Below, in pieces: positions 19,626 to 28,887 of a DNA stretch of 64,000 bases. The notes under the pieces are model-generated. The model saw only the letters and a list, made by a program, of their open reading frames with translations. It was not told the origin of the DNA and searched no databases. Both the position numbers and the translations under genes were made by a program. Numbering within the stretch: the first letter of the stretch is position 1; each line of letters opens with the position of its first letter. Origin of the DNA: a virus. Its lineage: Duplodnaviria > Caudoviricetes. The DNA is taken from the IMG/VR virus record IMGVR_UViG_3300032330_001742, positions 32,001-96,000 of that record, one strand, 5' to 3'.

Positions 19626-20333
19626 ATGCCTGGTTTTTTTATATCAACGCCACCTAGATGTGGAACTCACCTTATTGTAGATTCTGTTGCATTTGCAACA
19701 CAGTCTCACTCAATGAGATTTACTAAGTATGATGATGATTTTTGGAATCATCCGACGGTAAAGAATAGATCTAATGCAGTAATTGGAATTCATGCACATA
19801 ATGATAACGATAGGTTATTTAAATATGCTAAATCAAATAAGATAATTACAACAGAGAGACACCCCATTGGCCAAGCGTTATCTATTTTGTTTATGCATAA
19901 TAGAGGATTTTCTCCTGACTGGCCAGATAACAAGATGTTTGATTCTGAACTATTTAAGACTATGATGCCAAACTCAGAGCAGTTTCTATCTTATATTGGC
20001 AGTAGGCAGTTTGCTAGTTACAGAGAGATCACATCAGATTGGTCTAAGCATGGAGAGTGCTTCAGTTTTGATAAACTGGTATCAGGTAATACAGGTGAAT
20101 TAGACAGGCTTAGCGATTATGTTGGATCCAAGGTTGTCTTAAAGGATATTGAAAAGAGTAAAAAGAAGTACAACGATGGTATAGTATTTCTTGGAGATCC
20201 TAACTTATGGAAGACCATTGTGTCTCAAGAGATAGCATCAGAGGTTGCAAAGATATTTCCAGAGTACGATATGGAAACCTACAATCCATCACCTGTAGAT
20301 GGTGATTGGCTTTTTAAACAACTTCTGGTATAA
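19626..20333 (+). CDS. sulfotransferase-like protein
   Basis: PPRCGTH (5-prime-PSB-like) and ERHP...LS (3-prime-PB-like). Confidence 0.55.
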   Translation: MPGFFISTPPRCGTHLIVDSVAFATQSHSMRFTKYDDDFWNHPTVKNRSNAVIGIHAHNDNDRLFKYAKSNKIITTERHPIGQALSILFMHNRGFSPDWPDNKMFDSELFKTMMPNSEQFLSYIGSRQFASYREITSDWSKHGECFSFDKLVSGNTGELDRLSDYVGSKVVLKDIEKSKKKYNDGIVFLGDPNLWKTIVSQEIASEVAKIFPEYDMETYNPSPVDGDWLFKQLLV

Positions 20334-20392
20334 TATATATACCTGCCTAAAAAGGGGGTACAAATAACTTATTCGCTTGAAAGGGGAATAAT

Positions 20393-20797
20393 ATGATGAA
20401 AGCAACACTGGATCTTTTTAATGATCCATTCTTTAATACCTTTAGCACAATTGCAAAGGTTCAAAATACAACAAACTATCCACCTTATAATCAAATTAAA
20501 ATAAATGACAAAGAGTATATTCTTTCATTTGCTTTGGCTGGTTTTACTAAGGATGATGTTTCTATTTCGCTAGATAACCGAACGCTCACAATTCGTGGTG
20601 ATCGAAAGGAAATAGAATTACCAGAGGGTGCAGAGTATCTACATCGTGGAATTGCAGCACGTAAGTTCACCGATATCTTTACCCTTCCTGAGTTTGTTGA
20701 AGTTGTGGGTGCGGATTTTAAAGATGGCATTTTAAATGTTAAACTTGAAAAACAAATCCCAGAAGATAAACTACCGAAGATCATTGAAATTCAGTAG
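20393..20797 (+). CDS. small heat-shock protein Hsp20 (IbpA-like)
   Basis: NYPPYN, ALAGF, YLHRGIAARKF, DGIL. Confidence 0.92.
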   Translation: MMKATLDLFNDPFFNTFSTIAKVQNTTNYPPYNQIKINDKEYILSFALAGFTKDDVSISLDNRTLTIRGDRKEIELPEGAEYLHRGIAARKFTDIFTLPEFVEVVGADFKDGILNVKLEKQIPEDKLPKIIEIQ

Positions 20798-20808
20798 TAC
20801 AATGTAAT

Positions 20809-20925
20809 TGTCGGGGGAGACAGCGACATTAAATACCTGGTATGCCTCACGTAGGACCTTGGGATGGATTAGTTACCTATTCTATACGACCTGGGCCATT
20901 GTGCTTGAATCGCCTACGTGGGGCT
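20809..20925 (+). ncRNA. candidate structured small RNA
   Basis: TACAAT upstream; GTCG/CGAC hairpin; 12-bp stem GCCTCACGTAGG/CCTACGTGGGGC. Confidence 0.4.
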
Positions 20926-20953
20926 CTTAATATTTTGCGGTATAATATTATTA

Positions 20954-21220
20954 ATGACTAACAAAGAGTTAGAGACATATAATAAGCAAGAGTATAAAAG
21001 AAAACTTGCTAAGATAAAAGAAGATTCTGGCTGTGTTGATTGTGGTGTATCTAATCATATAGTTTTAGATTTTGATCACCTTAGAGATAAAAAATATAAT
21101 ATATCAAGAATGATTCATGATGGTTTTTCTTGGAAGGCTATAAAAAAAGAAATAGAAAAGTGTGAAGTAGTATGTGCAAACTGCCATAGGGTGAGAACTC
21201 ATAATAGGTTGACAGCGTAA
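20954..21220 (+). CDS. HNH-like zinc-binding endonuclease
   Basis: CVDC...LDFDH...CEVVCANCHR. Confidence 0.8.
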   Translation: MTNKELETYNKQEYKRKLAKIKEDSGCVDCGVSNHIVLDFDHLRDKKYNISRMIHDGFSWKAIKKEIEKCEVVCANCHRVRTHNRLTA

Positions 21221-21482
21221 ACAATTTAGTATACAATTAGAGTATACAAAGGGAGAATTATGATACACGCACTATTTCTTATTCCAGCATTTATAATGGG
21301 GTATGTAGCCTGTTATGTTGCAATGACTTATAAAGTAGATCAAAACTAATGCGTTCTGATTTTATTGACGCATCTAATAATAATCTTAAAACATGTATGA
21401 AATGTTTAGACGATTCTAATGATGAAAATTTTTGGGAAAATCATCAGGAGATGCGTGACAATATTATTTGGTGTGTTTCCAA

Positions 21483-21559
21483 AGGGCAGTAGTTCAGTTG
21501 GTTAGAGCACCACTCTTATAAGGTGGTTGTCGTGGGTTCAAGTCCCACCTGCCCTACCA
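21483..21559 (+). tRNA. tRNA-Ile(UAU)
   Basis: AGGGCAG/CTGCCCT-A-CCA; anticodon arm CCACT-CTTATAA-GGTGG; T loop TTCAAGT. Confidence 0.9.
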
Positions 21560-21560
21560 G

Positions 21561-21634
21561 TTCCCCTTCGTATAACGGCAATACGCCACCCTTTGGAGGT
21601 GGTCATCGTGGTTCGAATCCATGAGGGGAAGCCA
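21561..21634 (+). tRNA. tRNA-Gln(UUG)
   Basis: TTCCCCT/AGGGGAA-G-CCA; CCACC-CTTTGGA-GGTGG; T loop TTCGAAT. Confidence 0.92.
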
Positions 21635-21655
21635 ATACTATGGTATAATTTTTAC

Positions 21656-22105
21656 ATGGAGTCACTACTAAACATGCTTAAAGTTTTGCTTGCAGATAAC
21701 ATTACCCTTAAACTTAAAGCCCATGGCTATCACTGGAATGTTGAAGGAGATGATTTTCTTCAGTATCATGAACTTTTTGAAAACATTTATACAGATTATG
21801 ATGGTGCAACAGATACTTATGCTGAATGGCTTCGCAAGTTAGATACATATGCACCATTTAAACTTTCTCGCTTTATTGAACTTAATGAAGTTGGAGAACC
21901 AGATGTAACTTCAGATCCAATGATGATGGCAGCAGATTTACTTATGGCTAATGATATGGTTCTTTCTAAACTTATGGATGCTTTTGATATGGCAACAGCA
22001 CAACGCCAACAAGCACTTGCAAACTTTTTTGCAGAAAGAATGGATATGCATCAAAGATGGCATTGGATGCTTTCGGTATCACTAAAAGAAGTAGGTATGG
22101 ATTAA
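21656..22105 (+). CDS. dps: Dps/ferritin-like protein
   Basis: KAHGYHWNVEG..F..YHELFE..Y, D..AE, H...HWML; leaderless start at 21656. Confidence 0.9.
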   Translation: MESLLNMLKVLLADNITLKLKAHGYHWNVEGDDFLQYHELFENIYTDYDGATDTYAEWLRKLDTYAPFKLSRFIELNEVGEPDVTSDPMMMAADLLMANDMVLSKLMDAFDMATAQRQQALANFFAERMDMHQRWHWMLSVSLKEVGMD

Positions 22106-22641
22106 TGTCTGATTGCTGTCCAGAAATAATTAGTAAACAAGATCCATGTTGGGATGGTTATGTTCAGCGTGGCATGAAAGAACAAGGTGGAAAGATGGTT
22201 CCTAACTGTGTTCCTTCAGAAAAATCAGATGCACCTATGGATGTTGCTAATAACCCAACTATTAGTGACCCAACACCTGCAGCACCTAATGGATTAGGAA
22301 TGAAAAGACCACAATACATGTTAAATCAAGCACGTCCAACAAAGCCCCTTAAAATTCACAATAAGCCTGGTGTAGATATTTGGGCTGGATCTGCTTTTGG
22401 ATCAAAAAAGTATGACGAAATTGTAAAAGATAATCCAGTAATGCCAACTGACACATATCAGGTTCCCGAATATGATGGTTGTGGTTGTGAAACATGCATG
22501 GAACTAAATGTAAATTGTAATAATTGTCCTGTCTGTGGACCAACACAAGTAAATGATGTTTCAGAACTTGGAAAAAGTATTTTTAATTTAGAAACAGCAG
22601 CATCATTAATAACTAAACAAACAATAAGATGGGATAAGTAA
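22105..22641 (+). CDS. hypothetical Cys-motif protein
   Basis: PCWDGYVQRGMK..GKMVPNCVP and CGCETC..CNNCPVC. Confidence 0.6.
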   Translation: MSDCCPEIISKQDPCWDGYVQRGMKEQGGKMVPNCVPSEKSDAPMDVANNPTISDPTPAAPNGLGMKRPQYMLNQARPTKPLKIHNKPGVDIWAGSAFGSKKYDEIVKDNPVMPTDTYQVPEYDGCGCETCMELNVNCNNCPVCGPTQVNDVSELGKSIFNLETAASLITKQTIRWDK

Positions 22642-22787
22642 TGCCAAAAAAGAAAGCGGGATCTTTTAACGATACTCAAATTAAGGATGGCTGGATAGTT
22701 AAGATTCGTAAAGATGGAACTATTAAGTCTAAAGTAGAAAGATACTTTAATAAAACTACACAACTAAAACCAAAATCAGAAAGATAA
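22641..22787 (+). CDS. small basic protein
   Basis: MPKKKAGSFNDTQIKDGWIVKIRKDG...; TAATG coupling. Confidence 0.55.
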   Translation: MPKKKAGSFNDTQIKDGWIVKIRKDGTIKSKVERYFNKTTQLKPKSER

Positions 22788-22793
22788 CTAGCC

Positions 22794-23813
22794 ATGCGCT
22801 TAGATAAAAATGGCATTGGAATTAATGATTCTGGTAAAGAGTATCTTTGGGATTTAACATATCAGTCAATATCATCTATAACAACTTCTGATTTAGATTT
22901 TTTTCATTTAACTTGGGCAAAAGATCCAGAAGGAATAGAAGAAAAATTTAATAATGCTGACAATAGCATACATGGTAATACAAATGGTTATCTTCCAACG
23001 CTAATAAATTCAAAATATAATTATAGGTTTAAAGATACATATCATGTTTTAGATTGTGTTCCAGTAGATTGGGCAAAAGATAGAAATAAAGACAGACAAA
23101 TAGAATATAGGTATAACTCTGATTGGTTTAGATCTGATCATTTTAAAAAAGAACATACAGGTATACACGTTTTGTTTTCTGGATGTTCAAATACAGAGGG
23201 TATTGGCGCTAACATTGAAAATACTTGGTCTCATATGTTATATAAAAAGATGTCAGAACAATATTATATGGATGGATACTATAACCTTGGTCAAAGTGGT
23301 GCAGGAATTGAGTCGATAATTCATAATATAACAAAATATATTAATGAGTATGGAGCACCAAATTTTATATTTTTACTACTTCCGAATATACTGCGTGGTT
23401 GGAAATGGAATGAGGAAGAGTCCAGATGGTACTACCATCAAGATAATCCTTGGGAAGATAACCCAGTAAAAGAAGAAACAATTAAAAAGCATAGAGATAG
23501 GTTTCCTACCTGGCTTTTTACAATGAGTATGTTTTTAAATTATTGTAAGGATAAAGACATTAAGGTAATTTGGAGTACATGGGATACTTGGGAAACAGAT
23601 AACTTAAAGTATGTTAAACAATTTGAGAATACCTTTTTGCCAATTTCAAAAATTACCATGGAAGATATAGAAACAAAGTACATTGATCTAATAAAAAGAG
23701 AAGATGCTATGGAAGCCAGAGATGGACATGATGGATATATAACACAAACACACTGGTATAATCATTTTAAGGAACTACTTGTTGCAAGGGGAACACTAAA
23801 TGATAATAATTGA
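22794..23813 (+). CDS. SGNH/GDSL-like protein
   Basis: YNSDWFRS, FSGCSNTEG, YNLGQSG, RDGHDG; paralog of 2653. Confidence 0.55.
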   Translation: MRLDKNGIGINDSGKEYLWDLTYQSISSITTSDLDFFHLTWAKDPEGIEEKFNNADNSIHGNTNGYLPTLINSKYNYRFKDTYHVLDCVPVDWAKDRNKDRQIEYRYNSDWFRSDHFKKEHTGIHVLFSGCSNTEGIGANIENTWSHMLYKKMSEQYYMDGYYNLGQSGAGIESIIHNITKYINEYGAPNFIFLLLPNILRGWKWNEEESRWYYHQDNPWEDNPVKEETIKKHRDRFPTWLFTMSMFLNYCKDKDIKVIWSTWDTWETDNLKYVKQFENTFLPISKITMEDIETKYIDLIKREDAMEARDGHDGYITQTHWYNHFKELLVARGTLNDNN

Positions 23814-23895
23814 TTCAATAAGAAATATTATAAAAAAAAGAAAATTAAAAAAAATATTAAAAGAAATTAACAAACCAAGAAAGTATATCTACTAA
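23800..23895 (+). CDS. 31-aa Lys-rich peptide
   Basis: MIIIDSIRNIIKKRKLKKILKEINKPRKYIY; fills the gap up to the next ATG. Confidence 0.55.
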   Translation: MIIIDSIRNIIKKRKLKKILKEINKPRKYIY

Positions 23896-24522
23896 ATGTT
23901 AAGGGTAAACTCTTTCCCAAGAACCGCTAATATTTTTGTCTCTGGTTTTTTGCAGCAGTTTTTTACAATAGAAGACAAAACATATACACCACAAACTATG
24001 CATGACCTAAGTTTGCTTGACAACAAAGAAGTAAAACAAATAGTTATTATAAGAAATCCAAAAGACTGCATACCATCTTTTGAAATATTAAAAAAACTAA
24101 GTGATGAATATTGTGAAGAGCCAATTTTATATGCCATAAACGAATGGATTCGGTGGCATGAAAAAGTAATTGAAAATTCAGACCACTTGTTTTTATTTTC
24201 TTTTGAGCAAATCATCAATAATCCAGTAGACTGCTTAGTATCTGTTGCTGATATAAATAAAATTAAATACATGCCAAAATATGAAATGCACAATCACCAT
24301 GGCAGATGGGTTAATGCAAAAACACAACTGGGACCAGATGATTCAATTAGAAGCACATCAAAAAATAGCAAAGAGTATCAATCAAAAGTGGATGAGTATT
24401 TCAATCAAGATCCAGAAATTTTGGAAAGAGTAGAATTGCTTTATTCTAAATTAAAAGAAACCATCATTATAAATCAAAAATTATTTGGAATAAAAATAAA
24501 AGAAATGGGGAAAAATGAATAA
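23896..24522 (+). CDS. sulfotransferase-like protein
   Basis: SFPRTAN, IRNPKDCIPS, FEQIINNP. Confidence 0.55.
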   Translation: MLRVNSFPRTANIFVSGFLQQFFTIEDKTYTPQTMHDLSLLDNKEVKQIVIIRNPKDCIPSFEILKKLSDEYCEEPILYAINEWIRWHEKVIENSDHLFLFSFEQIINNPVDCLVSVADINKIKYMPKYEMHNHHGRWVNAKTQLGPDDSIRSTSKNSKEYQSKVDEYFNQDPEILERVELLYSKLKETIIINQKLFGIKIKEMGKNE

Positions 24523-25294
24523 AGGAAAACTTTTTTTAGTAGGAATGCCAATTGGTAATTGGGAAGATATGTCTGTCAGAGCATACAATTATATTAAAAA
24601 TGCAAAAAATATTGTTATCGAAAGAGAAGAAGCCTTTAGAGAAATTTGGCCTGCTTTAAATTTAGATAGAAGTGATGCAAATATAATATCTATTGAGTTT
24701 GAATCAAATGAAGGTGAGCCCACAGGGATTCCATATGAACTGCATAATGCAGGAAAGATACTTGATTTATTAAACAATGGAGAGGACGTGTTTGTAGTTT
24801 CTGATGAAGGAATGCCAGGAGTAGCAGATCCTGGAGCACACATCGTGGCAGAGGCAATTAAAGCAGGGGTAGAAATAACAGCAACACCTGGTCCTTCAGT
24901 AGTAATAGCAGCAGTTTCAGTTACTGGAACAATGCATAATTTTACTTTTGATTCATTTTTACCATTTGAAAGAGAAGACAAAAGAGAATTTCTTAAACAA
25001 AGAGCAGGACTTGCAACCCCACTTGTTTTAGTATTAAGGACAGTTAAAAATACAGATGGACCTAATCCAGTATCTATTTTTAGCAATGAAATTCCAGAGT
25101 TTTTAGAGGATGCCTGTGAAATATTTGGATCCAATAGGCATGCAGCACTTTGTTACAATTTAACAAGAAAAGATGAAAAGGTAGTAAGAGGAACACTCAA
25201 ATATCTTAAAGATTATTTTGCTACAGAGGAAAAAAATTTACGTGATCAGATCACTGTAGTTATTGATAAGAAGTTTGGATCAATGGCTATCTAA
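24515..25294 (+). CDS. rsmI: RsmI-like SAM-dependent methyltransferase (tetrapyrrole methylase fold)
   Basis: GKLFLVGMPIGNWEDMSVRA, VSDEGMPGVADPG, PGPS, F.SFLP, LTRKDEKVVRG. Confidence 0.75.
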   Translation: MNKGKLFLVGMPIGNWEDMSVRAYNYIKNAKNIVIEREEAFREIWPALNLDRSDANIISIEFESNEGEPTGIPYELHNAGKILDLLNNGEDVFVVSDEGMPGVADPGAHIVAEAIKAGVEITATPGPSVVIAAVSVTGTMHNFTFDSFLPFEREDKREFLKQRAGLATPLVLVLRTVKNTDGPNPVSIFSNEIPEFLEDACEIFGSNRHAALCYNLTRKDEKVVRGTLKYLKDYFATEEKNLRDQITVVIDKKFGSMAI

Positions 25295-26711
25295 TAATAG
25301 ATTGCTTGTATGTTTTTTCCCATAGTTTAATGTCATTTTCGTCATTGAGCAAAGGCTGCCCCTTAATGTTTAAACTAGTATTAAGTAAAACTGGTACACC
25401 AGTTTCTAGATAAAATTTATTAACTGTTCTCCACAAGCCTCTATGATCATTTCTATTTACTGTTTGCACTCTAGATGTTCCATCAGCATGAACAACTGAA
25501 GGAATTTTTTCTGGTTGTAAACACTTAACAGTGTATTGCATATAAGGAGATGAGAAATCCATATCAAACCATTTTGACGCACACTCTTCTAAAACAACTG
25601 GAGCAAATGGTCTAAATAGTTCACGTTTCTTAATCATGTTTACTTTATCTTTAATGTTTGGATCTCTTGGATCAGCCAAAATTGACCTATTGCCAAGTGC
25701 ACGAGGACCATACTCTGCTCTACCAGTAGCAACAGCAGCAACTCCATCTTTTAATATTGTATCTACTATCTTTTGTACTGGGTATTCTCCACCAAGATCA
25801 TAGCCAAGATAAGGAGTTTCCCAATCAAGGTGCTTGCCATAAAGTGCTGCAGCAGCACCTAAAGAACTACCAGCATCACCTGGGTTTGGCATAATCCAAA
25901 TCATATCGAAAAGTTTCCATAGCGCTGTATTAGCAGAAGAGTTGAGTGCACAACCACCCATAAAAACTAAATTCTTTTTACCAGTGATTGCTTTTGCTTC
26001 TGCCATAAACTCCATAAGCCTTGTCTGGTACACAACCTGAACAGCAGCAGCAATATCAAACTTATCTTGTTCGCCCTTGATCCATCCCCAGTCAGTTATA
26101 CCTTTGTGAAAGTTATAAGACTGGCTGCGAAAGTTAGGGAAGTACTCGTCAACTTCCTTATAGTATCTACGCCAATCACCGTATGCAGCCATGCCCATCA
26201 TAATGTACTCTTCTTGGTTTGGCATTAGACCAATCAACTGTGTAAATGCAGAGTAGAACAAACCAAAACTAACAGGATAGTTTTGCTTATATTTTAATTT
26301 AATCTTATCACCTTCGCCTACCCAAACGGTAGATGTATTATATTCTCCAATTGCATCTAAGACTACAATTACTGCATCATTAAAAGGACTAGTATAGTAT
26401 CCTGCAGCAGCATGTGAATAATGATGACCAAAAGATTTTCTAGGTACATTAGGAAGGTCAAAGCGTGGCTTCCAATCCCCTGAACCACCCTTTATAAGCA
26501 GCCTGGAGGCCTTTAGAAGGGGTTTTTCATAGTAGGCTATACGATCTGGTAGGCCATGCTGTAAAGCATCATTAACTAAACTATCATTAACATACCAATC
26601 GTTTTTGTTTTTGCTATATCTTTCAGCATGTCCAGCAAATAATATTTTGCCATCTTCAATTAATGATACAGATGCATCATGTGAAGTTTCATTAATCCCT
26701 AAAATTCTCAT
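25287..26711 (-). CDS. NodU/CmcH-family carbamoyltransferase
   Basis: HDAS, HHYSHAA, GGCALN, DAGSSLGAA, EYGPRALGNRS, RPFAP, LNTSLN. Confidence 0.93.
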   Translation of the reverse strand: MRILGINETSHDASVSLIEDGKILFAGHAERYSKNKNDWYVNDSLVNDALQHGLPDRIAYYEKPLLKASRLLIKGGSGDWKPRFDLPNVPRKSFGHHYSHAAAGYYTSPFNDAVIVVLDAIGEYNTSTVWVGEGDKIKLKYKQNYPVSFGLFYSAFTQLIGLMPNQEEYIMMGMAAYGDWRRYYKEVDEYFPNFRSQSYNFHKGITDWGWIKGEQDKFDIAAAVQVVYQTRLMEFMAEAKAITGKKNLVFMGGCALNSSANTALWKLFDMIWIMPNPGDAGSSLGAAAALYGKHLDWETPYLGYDLGGEYPVQKIVDTILKDGVAAVATGRAEYGPRALGNRSILADPRDPNIKDKVNMIKKRELFRPFAPVVLEECASKWFDMDFSSPYMQYTVKCLQPEKIPSVVHADGTSRVQTVNRNDHRGLWRTVNKFYLETGVPVLLNTSLNIKGQPLLNDENDIKLWEKTYKQSIIR

Positions 26712-27376
26712 TCGGCACCAGTAGAATCTCTTTTGTCTTTTAGCGGTATATTGTGATACCAATTTGGAAGAGCATATCTTGGCCCTTTTGTTACGGGATA
26801 GACCTCATGAACATACAAAAAGTTTGATGGGAAGAACAAAACACTTCCAGCCTTTGGCTTAAACTTTAATCCAGAGTGTCTAAATTCAATCTCACCACCT
26901 TCATAGTCATCATTTAGGTATAGTAGTACAGATAGAACTCTGCTACTTATCCCCTGATCTTGGTGGGCTGGTAAATGACCACTTTTATCATATTTCAAAA
27001 GATGCATTGTATGTTCTCTAGACTTAATATTCTTTTCAGCAAATGGGTATAGTTCTGTGGTGTAATGGTTTAATGTTTTATCTAATGCACCAAAAAGTTG
27101 TGACGAAATGCTTGCTTGCTCTTCTCTATAAACATCATTGGCTGGTATGTGTTCAACTTGTGGAATAAACTTTTGCCAACAAAACATTAATTTATTATCG
27201 CCTTCACCATATGTCCAAGCAACCCATGGCTTAACAGATGTTAGTTGAGGCTGTTTATCTTTTTCATATCTAGCATCTAATTCTTCAATTTGCTTAATCA
27301 AGGATGCAGGGTCTTTAATCACATTTGTATAATAGGCAATTCCTAAATCTAAAGTTTCAACATTAAATTCTTGCAA
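26708..27376 (-). CDS. 2OG-Fe(II) dioxygenase (P4H-like)
   Basis: HQD, YLNDDYEGGE, HEV.PV..G.RY. Confidence 0.88.
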   Translation of the reverse strand: MQEFNVETLDLGIAYYTNVIKDPASLIKQIEELDARYEKDKQPQLTSVKPWVAWTYGEGDNKLMFCWQKFIPQVEHIPANDVYREEQASISSQLFGALDKTLNHYTTELYPFAEKNIKSREHTMHLLKYDKSGHLPAHQDQGISSRVLSVLLYLNDDYEGGEIEFRHSGLKFKPKAGSVLFFPSNFLYVHEVYPVTKGPRYALPNWYHNIPLKDKRDSTGAE

Positions 27377-27956
27377 GAGGGTAATCCTTTGCTTTCCATT
27401 TATTTATTCCAGGATGAAATTCTGGATCTACATGCTGTGGCAAAGATGTATGCATGTACAGTCCAGTATATCTATTACCCCTTGTAACCGTAGTTATACC
27501 ATGAATGTGTTCTGTTCCAGAACTTGGAAAAAATACTGCAGAATATTGTTTTGGTTTATATTCAAATCCCTGATTTGGAAAATAAATTATTCCACCATCA
27601 TAATCTTTTTCATTATTAAGATACATTACTGTACTAAACTCAATCCAAGGCTCTGGTCCTTGTGCATCAATATGAAGGTCACCTTTTGTTCCAGTTGCCC
27701 AATGAGATCCAAACCCTTTAAAAACATATATATCATTTTTAAAGCCGTACAGTTCTTTATGCATAAGATTTGCTTTATGACCATACTTAATCATAATATC
27801 CATAACCGTTTTGTTATAAGGAAGAGATGTTCCTCCATATCGTTTGCTGTAGTATTCTGGGTACGGATTGACCTCAGATGGATTAGTCTGTTCAGCAATC
27901 AGTGTTGCTGCATCTTCTGGTGAGATAAAGTTTTCTACTATATGTATTCTATGCAT
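27363..27956 (-). CDS. 2OG-Fe(II) dioxygenase (P4H-like)
   Basis: HID, YLN..DYDGG, HGI..V..G.RY. Confidence 0.88.
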   Translation of the reverse strand: MHRIHIVENFISPEDAATLIAEQTNPSEVNPYPEYYSKRYGGTSLPYNKTVMDIMIKYGHKANLMHKELYGFKNDIYVFKGFGSHWATGTKGDLHIDAQGPEPWIEFSTVMYLNNEKDYDGGIIYFPNQGFEYKPKQYSAVFFPSSGTEHIHGITTVTRGNRYTGLYMHTSLPQHVDPEFHPGINKWKAKDYPLARI

Positions 27957-27977
27957 AACTCTATTATAGCACTAGCC

Positions 27978-28676
27978 CTATGCTACCCTTTTTATATAAA
28001 TATCATAAAAGCCTAAATTGTGTAACGCAATTCCGTCTACAATCCAGTTTTTATTTAAAAATAAAAATTCATTTACTGTTTGAAACGTTCCATATGGCTT
28101 TTCTTCAATAACACCATCATAAATAAGATAATCGTTTAAACCAATTATTCCACCAACACGAACTAACTTTGATGATTCTTTTAAGAGTTCTCTAGTTTGA
28201 CTTCTTTCATTAGTTATATCAATATAAATAAAATCATATTTTCCATTTAGTTGTTTTGCTACATTAATAGCATCACCCTTCATTGTTGCCACATTATCAT
28301 GATAATTAAACTTATCAATAATATATTGTTGATGATTTTCTGGGGTATAAAGTAATTCATGCTTAAAGCCTTCACACTGGCAAGAGCCAAACTTACGCCA
28401 AGACCAACACTTCAGATCTTGATTGTATAGGTCAACTAAAAGTGCATGAGATGCTTTTGCTGTATCAATAAATAGTTGTGCGGAGTAACCCCAGGCTACA
28501 CCAAATTCTAAATACCTTATACCAAGTGGCAAACTTTTGGCATATTCCTCTCTAGATGAATATAATTTAGCCAAATTTAATTGATCTTGAGATATTTTTT
28601 CTGAATCTTCAATTTCATCTTCAGCAAAATCTTTAAACTCATCAAACTTTAAACCACGAACTGGTTTTCTAGCCAT
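27978..28676 (-). CDS. class I SAM-dependent methyltransferase (Methyltransf_24-like)
   Basis: LEFGVAWGYS, YDFIYID, GGIIGLNDY. Confidence 0.8.
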   Translation of the reverse strand: MARKPVRGLKFDEFKDFAEDEIEDSEKISQDQLNLAKLYSSREEYAKSLPLGIRYLEFGVAWGYSAQLFIDTAKASHALLVDLYNQDLKCWSWRKFGSCQCEGFKHELLYTPENHQQYIIDKFNYHDNVATMKGDAINVAKQLNGKYDFIYIDITNERSQTRELLKESSKLVRVGGIIGLNDYLIYDGVIEEKPYGTFQTVNEFLFLNKNWIVDGIALHNLGFYDIYIKRVA

Positions 28677-28884
28677 TTGAATGAGATCCATCACAAAATG
28701 GATAGGATTTTGATTGACCACATACACACAATTTTTTGCGTTTTAGGTTTTCTATTTTTTCAACTACTTCTGTTGCATCTTTATAAAGTCTGAGCGTTGC
28801 TTCTGATTCATTGATAGAAAGAATTTCTGCTGCTTTATCTTTGTTTTCGCCTTCTAGAATTACTACTAGATTACCTTGCTTCAT
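28669..28884 (-). CDS. CDGSH iron-sulfur domain protein
   Basis: LCVCGQSKSYPFCDGSH. Confidence 0.85.
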   Translation of the reverse strand: MKQGNLVVILEGENKDKAAEILSINESEATLRLYKDATEVVEKIENLKRKKLCVCGQSKSYPFCDGSHSNG

Positions 28885-28887
28885 ATA

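Noticed and set aside
21527-21655. N-terminal extension of dps in the ORF track
   Set aside because: Overlaps two tRNA genes; the leaderless ATG at 21656 fits better
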